NCBI RefSeq assembly: GCF_009914755.1
Contig: NC_060942.1
DNA length: 64,000 bases
Direction: 5' to 3' (one strand)
From: the human T2T-CHM13v2.0 reference genome, Homo sapiens
Below, one piece after another: positions 53,065 to 64,000 of this stretch (position 1 is the stretch's first letter; each line of letters starts with the position of its first letter). Position numbers and translations under genes: made by a program. The notes beneath the pieces are model-generated. The model saw only the letters and a program-made list of their open reading frames with translations, did not search any database and was not told the origin of the DNA.

Positions 53065-54158
53065 TATGAAAATGATGTTGAGGCATTGTCTAATCCACAA
53101 ATGTGAGTAAGTTCATAATTTAGGAGTTAAAACGAGAACCCTACTCATGACTTTTCCCGGCACTGAGAATGCACTGAAGAATGATGAAATCACACTCCAG
53201 ATTACCCCATTTGTTCTCCTGACAGCTCTGTGGACCATTATCATATAGAGGCCCTTTGCTTGGTGAGACCCTGACCACTTGACATTCTTTCTCAGAGCGG
53301 GCTGGTCAGAGTTCTCTCGACGGCAGAATCTACAGGGCCCACCTCAACGCACAAGGAAGCCCCAGGCCCTCAGGGACCTCTAGGTCCCAAAAAACAGTGT
53401 CAGATACAGAAATTAAGAGGGGGCTGGGAGAAGCACTCTGTCAAATAGAAAGCCTATCCACAGAAAACTTAGGGATGAACAGAGCTAAGATGGGCTGATG
53501 ACCTTGAAGTTGCAGCCAAAATGATGAGGCCAGGTGGGCTTGCTGGCCATGCAATCTCAAGAGTGGGCCATGGCTGTGATGCCCAAGCCTTTTTGTGATA
53601 AAGCTAAGAAATACGGGAGAAATGGAAGGGAGAGGGGCAGAACAGACAAGGAAGATGGGAAGCAAGAAGGACAGGAAGTGCCAGCAGACACCAGCAGCAG
53701 GGACGAGTGCAGAAAGTGTCAGACAATCCATGAATTGGAGGAGGACACCCAGTGAGGAGGGAAAAGGGATTGGACTGTGCCACCATCTCTGTAGGGGAGG
53801 TGAGACAAACGTCCGGTGCAGCTCGGAAGATGGCCTGGAAGGCCTAACCCTTCCACCTGCCTGACTCCTGACACCACGACATACACAGTTATTTTTAAAG
53901 TGTTTAAAATATAAACCACATTCATGGGAACTTGAAGTCAGGTCTCACCCTGACATCCATCCATCTGTGTATTTTCAAGGTTGACTCAAATGTTGAAAAG
54001 TCACCTGTGATGTGTTGTACCATTTGAGCTTTTGACAAAAACTATAAAGAAGCAAATTAAACCAGGAGGGAAATTTCTAGCTGCCACACTAATCAAAAAC
54101 TGTCGGGTAATAAAAAAAAAAAATCATGCTAAAAATAAAATTACATTTCGGGCCCTAA

Positions 54159-54490
<332 letters not shown>

Positions 54491-54699
54491 CCTAAGGCTC
54501 ATTTCTATAAATAATACTTCCCCAGAACCCAACTCTAGAAAGCGATAATCATCCCTTAATGAATTCTCTTTTATATATATTATTGTGATGGTCATATTAT
54601 TGCCCCATATTTGTCTTGATGTTTTGGATTTCAAATGGACAAGGCATCCCACCCTTTCTTGCAATTTAGAGGCATCGTCCCTTGGCAAGATACAGAAAG

Positions 54700-55420
54700 A
54701 CTTGCTGGTAGAAATACGAATCACCATGCCATTTAGAAAGCAATCTGGAAATGTCTATTCCAATCTAAAAATCTATTCTTTTCTTAATCAAGTCATCTCA
54801 CGTCCTGTAAGCACAGAAATGTTTATTACAGTATTATTTGTCATAGCTACATTCAATAATTCATGCTACAGTCAATCAAGGAATAGTACGCAGTCATGAA
54901 AAAACAAAAGAGGGATTTCAGCAATCTATCACTGTTAAATGAGAAAAAGAAAGATGCATAAAGGGACATATGATATGATCTGATTTGTATAAAAAACAAT
55001 CACAACATATATTTGTGACTACAAAACATTTGGTAAGATTGTAGAAGCATAAAGTATGGAAGGACACAGACAAGGCTGATGCCACTGGCAATCTAGAAGA
55101 GAGGAATTAGAGTGGAAGGAGGGAAGGGAATGAGAGGAAAAAAGTAAATAAGTGAAAAATGAAAGCAAGTGTCCATGATAAGAACCGCATGGGTGCTCCT
55201 ATCTCATTTATGGGAAATCATGTGTGTGGAGGTGACATAAACACATGGTGGTGAGATGGTCCCCAAAATATCAATGGCTTTTATTTCAGGGTGGTGAGAT
55301 TTTTTTTAATAAGGTGAAATGTTTTTAAAAATAATTTTTACTTTATTTTCCTTATAGGTACTATTGGAAATATGTACAACCACATGAATTATTTACATAA
55401 TCAGAAAAAATTCATTGAGA
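54700..55420 (+). mobile_element. Old L1ME-like fragments
   Basis: ttagaaagcaatctggaaatgtctatt...gaaatgtttattacagtattatttgtcatagc...tgatatgatctgatttgtataaaa. Confidence 0.55.
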
Positions 55421-57039
55421 GAGAAATATGAAAAGTCTTATGCCAGGCAATGTATGTCCCCAGAGGAGGTGCAAGCAGGGAGATGAGGTTGTAAAGTTAA
55501 TTTAGAACCTGACTAGGAGGGTTCTAAGTGCTAGGCAAAGACAGGAGCCTATCAACATATTAACAATAGGGCTGTGGTTTTGTTTGTTTGTTTGTTTTTG
55601 GTGGTGGGTTATGAGTGATTTTTTTTTCTTCTGTTTGCTTTTCTCTATTTTCCGGATTTTTCTGCAAAAATTCTATCTTGCTTTTGTAACCAGAACAAAA
55701 ATATTATGTAAAAAATAACACAGTGGAAGTGGAAGTGGATAATCATCAAAGTGCTGACCCCCAGCAAAAGAAATGAAAATCCATTTATGAATCAGTAACG
55801 TCAAGGTGAGTCAGTAAGGACCCCAGATAAAGAAGAAACAGCGAACACTGAAAGGAACATAGGAGGCCTTAAATGTTTTCTAAAAAAAAAAAAAAAAAGA
55901 ATGAGTGAAACTTTGCTTAGGAAGAACTGCTAAGGCTCAGTGGCCCTCTGTAAAGTTTACACTGATGTCTGCAAAAACACATTCAACCAAATGTCAAAGC
56001 TGGTTGATAGGATCCAAAAATTACAGAGAACTGTAATTGCTTTAGAGACTGGCCTATTTTTACCATCAAGTCTTTAAGTACAGCTACATCTTGGAACCCA
56101 TATCAAGGAAAGGTACAATACCAAGGGAAAAGGCAATAGAAGTGATAGAAACCACAGAAGTGGAAGACACTGTGCTAAGATGATGTAAAGAGCCTTCCTC
56201 TGCACAGGAGAGACGTGCACCACTGAAAGCACTGCCTCAAAGAAACACTGGGATTTTGCACACCAAAAAAAGATTCCAATGTGATTCTGGCTTGATTCGT
56301 TTTGCAGTGCAGTCAACATAACAAATCTACGATCCATGTTAGGATAAATTAATTTAAAAGTTTCTATTCAATTGTGGTTTTCCTTCTTCTAACAGTTGGC
56401 ACATTCTGAGAACTGCCTTTTGTTAGACACATTCAGGGGGAGGATGGTGGCATCACGTTGAAGAAGGCGGCAGCAGGAGGCTTCCAAAAGAACCTCCCAG
56501 CTTCAAGATTCTCTGACTCGAGATGAGACGCCATGCCAACCACCAGATTTTATGCTTTCTCTCTCTCAGATGCTCCAACTGAGGTAGTTTAGTAAATAAA
56601 CTGTGTTTATGTTCTCTAGCATTCCTGAAGCAGATGTAATATAACTGAAGGCAAACAATTTTAGTAATGCAATTCATGCATTGCCATCTAAACACCACGT
56701 CATCATGAAACTGAAATGTTTACCAAATAATCAAAGCCCAAGACAAAGAAACCGAAAGGCATTCTGTAAGGCAAAGTACCAGCCAGTACTTCCAATAAAA
56801 TAATTTATTGAGAGTTATCCTGGAGTGGCTTGTCAGAAAAAGTCAATGTGACTTGGTTTCTAATCACTAAAAGGACTGTCTTGCTGTTATTCCCAATGGT
56901 CAGGAAAAAAATGAGGAGAAACTGGGTTTGTTTTCATAGAGTAGTAGGGTTTTCCTAACAGAGTTTCAGGATAGGCTGGTCAGAAGGTAAGCAACGTTCT
57001 CCTTCCAATGATCCCCAATAGTTCACCCACATTTCCCAA

Positions 57040-57518
57040 AAGCATCAAATCTTGTCTTGACAACCTGGCAAGTGCTGACCGCCAAATGACAGGCCTCCTC
57101 CTTATGATGTTGTGAAATAAGAGTGACCATCCTTTGAGTTCAGTCCCAGCTTTTCCACTAACTGGCCACGTGTCTGTGGGCAAATGGCTTTATCAGTGTT
57201 GAGCCTCAGTTTCCTTAAGTAAAATGCTAAGGTTAGACAAAGTGATCTTTAGAAACCTTTTGATCTCTGGCAATCCATGACCCTTTACAATCAATTCCAG
57301 GTTTTGTTTACTACGTTCTAGGTTTAACACAAAATTAGACGTTGAGTGTTCACTTTAAGCAAAATGGCAAACAATAGGTTAGTCCTATGGGTTCCTTGTA
57401 CTACGAAGATGTGAAATTCCCAAGAAAATGTCACAGAGTTGAGTTCAGAAAAATAGAAGAATGGAAAAAAGGAAGGAAGGGAGGGATAGAGGGAAGGATA
57501 GAAAGATAGGCCCCAGAA
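57040..57518 (+). repeat. Dispersed direct duplication, copy A (~480 bp, includes a MIR-like core)
   Basis: Colinear with 61982-62448, e.g. ttttccactaactggccacgtgtctgtgggcaa, ccttttgatctctggcaa, gatgtgaaattcccaagaaaat, aggccccagaa. Confidence 0.93.
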
Positions 57519-58074
57519 CATGCAGAAACTGCCTCCAAGGTCAGTCAGCATCCTTCTCTTTCTCTGCATCGGTGGTGTGTTTTCTTCCGTCTTCCTTCTT
57601 GCCTTCACAACTTCTACTCCCATAATTCTCAGTATGGCCTTTTCATCAACCCAATTCTCTTTCTTTCTTCAAATGTGGCTCAAGCTCATGTCTTTTCTGT
57701 CTGACACCAGCAAGTTCTGATCTTCTGTTCTTTCTGAGTCCCCTCTTGGTGTGCCACCTAACTAACATGAAACCAGCAGCAAGTCTATTGGTAGGAACAG
57801 CCCAGGAAAAATGCCCACCAGATCTCCTAAAACCCTCAATGTCTCTCCCTACTGGGGCACAGCAGAGAGGTAGAGAGAAGGGAAAAGCTCCTTCTTCCCT
57901 TTCTTTTTTTTCTTTCGTTCCTTCCCTTTTTCTTTCAATTTAATGTTCATTGAATATCTCCTTTATGCAAAGCATTGTTCAAAGTTCTTTCACATACTAT
58001 TTCATCTTATCTCTCCACAACCTCCCTGGAAATCCAGAGTCTTGGCCAATCAAATTCTGATCCTCTCTGTGCCT

Positions 58075-59795
58075 CTCCACCACCATCCACTCATCCCCCT
58101 CCACTCATCCCATCCACTCATCCCATCCTCCACTCATCCCCATCCACTCATCCCCATCCACTCATCCCATCCTCCACTCATCCCCATCCTCCACTCATCC
58201 CATCCTCCACTCATTCCCCATCGTCCACTCATCCCATCCTCCACTCATTCCATCCACCACTCATCCCATCCCCCACTCATCCCCATCCTCCACTCATCCC
58301 CATTCACTCCTCCCATCCTCCACTCATCCCCATCCTCCATTCATTCCATCCTCCACTCATCCCATCCTCCACTCATCTACATCCTCCAATCATCCCATCC
58401 ACTGATCCCATCCTCCACTCATCTCCATCCTCCAATCATCCCATCCACTGATCCCATCCTCCACTCATCCCCCTCCACTCATCCCATCCTTCACTCATCC
58501 CATCTTCCACTCATCCCCCTCCACTCATCCCATCCTCCATTCATCCCCATCCACTCATCCCCATCCTCCACTCATCCCATCCACTCATCCCCATCCTCCA
58601 CTCATCCCCATCCTCCACTCTTCCCATCCTCCACTCATCCCCCTCCACTCATCCCCATCCTCCACTCATCCCCCTCCACTCATCCCATCCTCCACTCATT
58701 CCATCCACTCATCCCTCTCCACTCATCCCATCCTCCATTCATTCCATCCACTCATCCCATCCTCCACTCATCCCATCTACTCATCCCCATCCTCCACTCA
58801 TCCCATCCTCCACTCATTCCATCCACTCCTCCCCCTCCACTCATCCCATCCTCCACTCATTCCATCCACTCATCCCATCCTCCACTCATCCCATCTACTC
58901 ATCCCCATCCTCCACTCATCCCCCTCCACTCATCCCATCCACTCATCCCCATCCTCCACTCATCCCATCCACTCATCCTCATCCTCCACTCATCCCCATC
59001 CTCCACTCATCCCATCCTCCACTCATCCCATCCTCCACTCATCCCCATCCACTCATCCCATCCTCCACTCATCCCCATCCTCCACTCATCCCCATCCTCC
59101 ACTCATCCCCATTCACTCATCCCATCCTCCACTCATCCCCATCCTCCATTCATTCCATCCTCCACTCATCCCATCCTCCACTCATCCCATCCTCCACTCA
59201 TCCCCATCCTCCACTCATCCCATCCACTAATCCCATCCTACACTCATCCCCCTCCACTCATCCCCCTCCACTCATCCCATCCTCCACTCATCCCCATCCT
59301 CCACTCATCCCATCCACTCATCCCCATCCTCCACTCATCCCCCTCCACCCATCCCATCTTCCACTCATCCCCATCCACTCATCCCCCATCTTCCACTCAT
59401 CCCCTTCCACTCATCCCATCCACTCATCCCCATCCTCCACTCATCCCATCCACTCATCATCATCCTCCACTCATCCCTATCCTCCACTCATCCCCATCCT
59501 CCACTCATCCCATCCTCCACTCATCCCCATCCTCTACTCATTCCCGTCCACTCATCCCCATCCTCCACTCATCCCATCCTCCACTCATCCCCATCCTCCA
59601 GTCATCCCCATCCTCCAGTCATCCCCATCCTCCACTCATCCCATTCTCCACTCATCCCCATCCTCCACTCCTCCCCATCCTCCACTCATCTCCATCCTCC
59701 ACTCATCCCCATCCTCTACTCATCCCCCTCTACTCATCCCCATCCTCCACTCATCCCCATCTACTCATCCCCCTCCACTCGTCCCCATCCACTCT
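58075..59795. repeat. ~1.7-kb C-rich minisatellite, 13-17-bp variants of cactcatcc(c)catc(ctc)
   Basis: Direct reading; the + strand is almost G-free. Confidence 0.97.
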
Positions 59796-59849
59796 GTCCC
59801 TTGGGATTGTGTTTGGTTGTTCTCTCCACCTTGGCCCTTCCTTCAATCA

Positions 59850-60410
59850 ACTGCCAATTCTGAATCTCATTTCTGGCTCCTTTTTCTTCTCCTGCCTTTA
59901 TATCTCTCCTGAACACCTAAGCCTCTTCTTAACTGGTCTCCCTGCAACCAGGTTCTCATTCTAAAGCATGAGTTGGTTGATATCACTGCACTCATCCAAC
60001 ACTTTATGTGACTCCATTTTCTATATAACATAACCTGAGTTCCATCATTTGACATTAAAGGACTTCTAACTTCCCCAAACCAACATCATTAAATCTTATC
60101 TTCTGAACATACCAGGCTTTTTCTGATTCTCCAAATATGGCTTGCAATTTTACTCTTGCAGGTTTTTGTTTGTGCTGTTCCTACCATGTGGAACAGCCTT
60201 CTCTCACCTCAGTCCTAGAGAAAAATCTTATTTTTCAAACCTAGCTCAAGTGCTACCTCATTCCTCCAAGTCAAAAGTGATTGTCCTTTCTCCTGAACTT
60301 TCTAAATTTTAGTGGCTTATGGTTCTAAAGTTGCCTCTAGGTCACAAAGTTCTGGAGGGCAGGGATCTTCTCTATTTTTCTTTGCATTCCAACACCATGT
60401 ATCAACCACA
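59850..60410 (+). mobile_element. L2 LINE fragment
   Basis: cctcttcttaactggtctccctgc...tttgtgctgttcctaccatgtggaacagccttct...ctcaagtgctacctc. Confidence 0.65.
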
Positions 60411-60417
60411 GCAGAAC

Positions 60418-60547
60418 TTTTTTTTTTTTTTTTTTTTTTGAGACGGATTCTCGCTCTGTCGCCCAGGGTAGAACACAGTGGCACAATCTCAGCTCACTGC
60501 AACCTCTGCCTCCCTGGTTCAAGCAATTCTCCTGTCTCAGCCTCCTC
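60418..60547 (-). mobile_element. 5'-truncated Alu (right arm only)
   Basis: T-tail, gagacggattctcgctctgtcgcccagg...caattctcctgtctcagcctcc. Confidence 0.92.
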
Positions 60548-61226
60548 ACGCAGCACTTTTTAAGCGTAAGCAGAAATGAAGTTGCTAACCCTGATAATTA
60601 ATTTACCAGCCACCATTGTCTTCCAAGTGTGCCTCCGAATTTAAAATCTACAAGCATTGATGAGGGCCTACTATGTACAAAGCACTCTGGCAGGAGATGC
60701 AAGGGCAAGTGAGCTCAGGAACAATGATGTTTATAATGAGCCATTTTAAAGACCTACCTCACCTCACTATGCTAGGCCACCAAATACACCATTATCATGA
60801 ACACATAATCCAGTTTGGGGATCATCAATCCTTCAGAAGCCTTCCTTCCTCACTGAATATACTAGCGGTAAAATCCGTATGTTTCAAAATGCACCCAAGA
60901 AAAGTAGGCTCAGAACTCCAGAAATCGGGGCCTTTATTTCCTTCCAGAAGACAGAGTGGTTGATAAAGAAGAATGAAGGCATTTGTTACTCAGCAGTACT
61001 AATCTTCAAATCTACAATCTAGTTTAACTTCAGTTATAATGCGCATTTGGAGCCATGGAAGTAGCTGAAAAAACAAGAATGTCTGGAAAAACTAAAAATT
61101 TTATTACCTGTAAAGTTGGGCTCGTGGATGAAAACTTTTGTAAGGGATGATAATTTTTTGTTTGAAAGACTGGTATCAAGAGCAGCTGTGCAAATAGTTC
61201 TGACGAGCTCAAGGTGATCTAGAACA

Positions 61227-61360
61227 TAAGTTGACCGTCTGTCCCAGCATGTTAGGGAAAGTCCCAATTTATACCTGTTGTCCCTGCACAATTATTACCA
61301 TTGCCCCCTTTCACTCTGAAAACTGTCCCAGCTTGCATGAAAAATTTTACAACCACTGTA
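61227..61360. mobile_element. MER94-like hAT-Blackjack MITE
   Basis: taagttgaccgtctgtcccagc...gtcccaatttatacctgttgtccc...aattatt...gccccctttcactctgaaaactgtcccagcttg matches the recalled MER94 consensus. Confidence 0.75.
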
Positions 61361-61981
61361 TCAGTGCTATTGTCAGACACCAGTAGTTTCTCCATACAAC
61401 ATCGGTGGTTTGCATAGGTCTACCAGGGAGCAGAGAAATGGGGCAGAATCCAGGCTTCCTGACACCAAACTCAGGCTCTATCTAAAAGAACATATTTCCT
61501 CTAGGTTTTTCGTCATCAACTCATCCACAGGAAAACACTTTGGAAAATGGTAAAGATATATAAGCCATGGTTTCTGCAAGCTAGCACTTACAATCTTGGG
61601 GAGATGAAGCACATACATATTCAACAATTAAAGAGGATCAGATGAATTCATCATATGGTGCTAATGACATGGTTCAAATGACAATTTCAAAAGGAGCTAG
61701 AAAAGGTGAAAAACCCTCTAAGAGCTTCAGACTTCAGGGAAGGTTTCCGGTAGGTGATGGATCCTGAAAGACGTCTTCAAGGAGAAAAAAAAAAAAGGCG
61801 TTTTTCTTTGAAAAAATAAAGGTAGAAAAACAAACAAACTGGCACAGCAATAAGCCACTTAAATAATTCAACAAGCATTACTACTCTGTATTCAAGAAGA
61901 GAAAAACACAACAGCAAGTCAAGACAAACACAAATGGTATATGTGGCTTTTCCAAAATGTCTCAGTGACTTAAGGCTCAAC

Positions 61982-62448
61982 AAGCATTGGATCTTGGTGT
62001 CTTGATAACCTGGCAAGTGCTGTCAGATGTTCCTCCTTGTGATGCTGTGAGATAAAAGTGACCACTCTTTGAGGTCAGTCCCACCTTTTCCACTAACTGG
62101 CCACGTGTCTGTGGGCAAGTGGTTTTATCAGTGTTGAGGCTCAGTTTCCTTAAGTAAAATGCTAGGGTTGGACAAGGGATCTTTAAATGCCTTTTGATCT
62201 CTGGCAACCCATGACCCTTTACAACCAATTCCAGGTTTGTTTAGTATGTTCCAGGTTTAACACAAAATTAGATGTGAGTGTTCATTTTCAGCAAAATGGC
62301 AAACAACAGGTTAATCATATGGGTCCCTTCCCACTACAAGGATGTGAAATTCCCAAGAAAATATCACAGAGTTAAGTTTGGGGGAAAAAAAGGGAAAAAA
62401 GGAAGGAAAAGGGGGATAGAGGAAGGGAGAGAAACAGAGGCCCCAGAA
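61982..62448 (+). repeat. Dispersed direct duplication, copy B
   Basis: Colinear with 57040-57518. Confidence 0.93.
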
Positions 62449-62964
62449 ATAAAGATAAAATTGAAGCCAGAGCTTTTATGTAAGGCTGACTACACAGTGC
62501 TCAAGGAAGTTTCAGACTCTCGCAAATGCTCCCGAAGCCCTGGGAATAGTGGTGAGATTCTAATGCCCATGCAGGGACATGACCTTGGTCTTGCATGAGG
62601 TAGCGGGGCCAGAACTGAGCCCCTTTCCTAAATCTCAAAGCCTCAAAAAGTCACCCTAACCATGAAAAGGTGGACTAAAGCACTCTGCCCACTGCCTCAG
62701 AGATAAAGAGCAGAACATTCCCTTGTATCCCTAGCTCAGGACACCTTTGGGAAATCAGAACCTTAAGCATGAACCACTTTCAGTTGTAAGATCGGAATTT
62801 ATACTACCTGTGTATCTGAGTAGGGGAATCCCATGACAATAAATTAATACAAACACAGTTCTAGGATCATTGAAAGTCCTTAGATCTCCAGAAAAGACAA
62901 ACATATGTCCACTATGTAGAAACGATTTCACAACTCAGGACTCACAAGATTCCTATAGAAAAGA

Positions 62965-63305
62965 GGCCGGGCATGGCAGCACATGCCTGTAATCCCAGCA
63001 CTTTTGGAGGCTGAGGCAGGCAGATCACTTGAGGTCAGGAGTTCAAAACTAGCCTGGCCAACAAGGCTAAATCCCATTTCAATACAAAAATTAGCCAGGC
63101 ATACTGGCATATGCCTGTAGTCTCAGCTACTAGGGAGACTGAGGCAGGAGTAATACCTGAACTTGGGAGGCAGAGGTTTCAGTGAGCCGAGATCGCACCA
63201 CTGCACTCCAGCCTGGGCAACTAAGTGAGACTCCACCTCAAAAAAAAAAAAAAAGAAAAAGAAAAAAGAAAGAAAGAAAGAAAAAAGAAACAAAGAAAAG
63301 GAAAA
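62965..63305 (+). mobile_element. Alu SINE (AluS-like) with A/GAAA tail
   Basis: ggccgggcatggcagcacatgcctgtaatccc...gagatcgcaccactgcactccagcctgggc. Confidence 0.94.
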
Positions 63306-63379
63306 ATATCTGAGGTTGAACTGCCAGTATCACCCCCCAACACACACACAAATAAACTGCCATGAGGGACAGTGATAAA

Positions 63380-63700
63380 GGGAAAAAAAAACTTTAAATC
63401 CTAAGAACTGGAAAGATACAATCTCAAATGGAGTACAAAATAAGATTGTTTAAAAATATTATAGTGATAAAGACTAAAAGCCATAAGGAGAAAATTAGGA
63501 TTACATGAAAAAAAGAGAATAAGCAGATTTGAAAAAATAAAGTAGAACTCCTAGTAATCACTCAATGGAAAGGTTAGACAGTAGAGTAACACAAAACAGG
63601 CCATCAGTGAACCGGAAGACAGCCTTGAGAAAATTAAACCAAAATGTAACACAGGACTTCCAAGCAAAAATGGAGAATTGAACACACTGTATCTAATATG
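63380..63700 (+). mobile_element. Old L1M ORF1-region remnant
   Basis: A-rich; gcagatttgaaaaaataaagtagaactcctag...ctcaatggaaaggttagacagtag...atcagtgaaccggaagacag resembles the L1 ORF1 coiled-coil region. Confidence 0.55.
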
Positions 63701-63782
63701 GCTTTCACCTGAAACGTCACTGTAACGAGGGAAGATGACCTTTTAAAAGACATAAAACCACCAGGACAATAGGAGAGGAGAT

Positions 63783-63863
63783 TTTAAATACCTTTTGATC
63801 TCTGGCAATCCATGACCCTTTTACAACCAATTCCAGGATTGTTTAGTATGTTGTAGGTTTAAC
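63783..63863 (+). repeat. Third, partial copy (C) of the 57/62-kb duplicon
   Basis: tttaaataccttttgatctctggcaatccatgacccttttacaaccaattccaggattgtttagtatgttgtaggtttaaca. Confidence 0.9.
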
Positions 63864-64000
63864 AAGTAACAAGATTTTAGAAATAACAGTAATAAGATTT
63901 TAGAAGACGGAAAGCAGATGGAGAAGCAGTGATAGAATTAACAGACAAAGGAAGCTGAATCCTCAGTGAGGAGCAGGAAAGTTAGGAACAACCAGTGGAT

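Noticed and set aside
57943-59964. 673-aa His/Pro/Ser ORF as a real CDS (extensin/mucin-like)
   Set aside because: Repeat units of 13-17 bp are mostly not multiples of three, and the G-poor strand rarely forms stop codons

Overview
Primate (most likely human) non-coding genomic DNA. About 20 Alu elements (AluJ, AluS, AluY), L1PA/L1M fragments, L2, MIR, MER5A/MER94 and an MLT1 LTR are recognisable by eye. Subfamily names come from recalled consensus sequences, and repeat boundaries are approximate. No protein-coding gene is recognisable: the long ORFs come from low-complexity repeats or Alus. Two less obvious elements are a truncated U13 (SNORD13) snoRNA retrocopy (~33.8 kb) and an ERV-L gag/protease junction fragment (~48.4-48.9 kb) with a dead catalytic DTG motif. 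There are two large strand-asymmetric tandem arrays, (CA/GA) at ~37.3-39.3 kb and (CATCC/CACT) at ~58.1-59.8 kb. The most notable pattern is a series of local copy events: tandem, dispersed and inverted duplications of roughly 10-480 bp, plus direct/inverted patchworks resembling template-switch repair scars. Several minus-strand exon-like segments hint at a spliced lncRNA, but that is weak inference. I do not see convincing evidence for a new biological system; the findings are mostly mutational-mechanism and structural observations.
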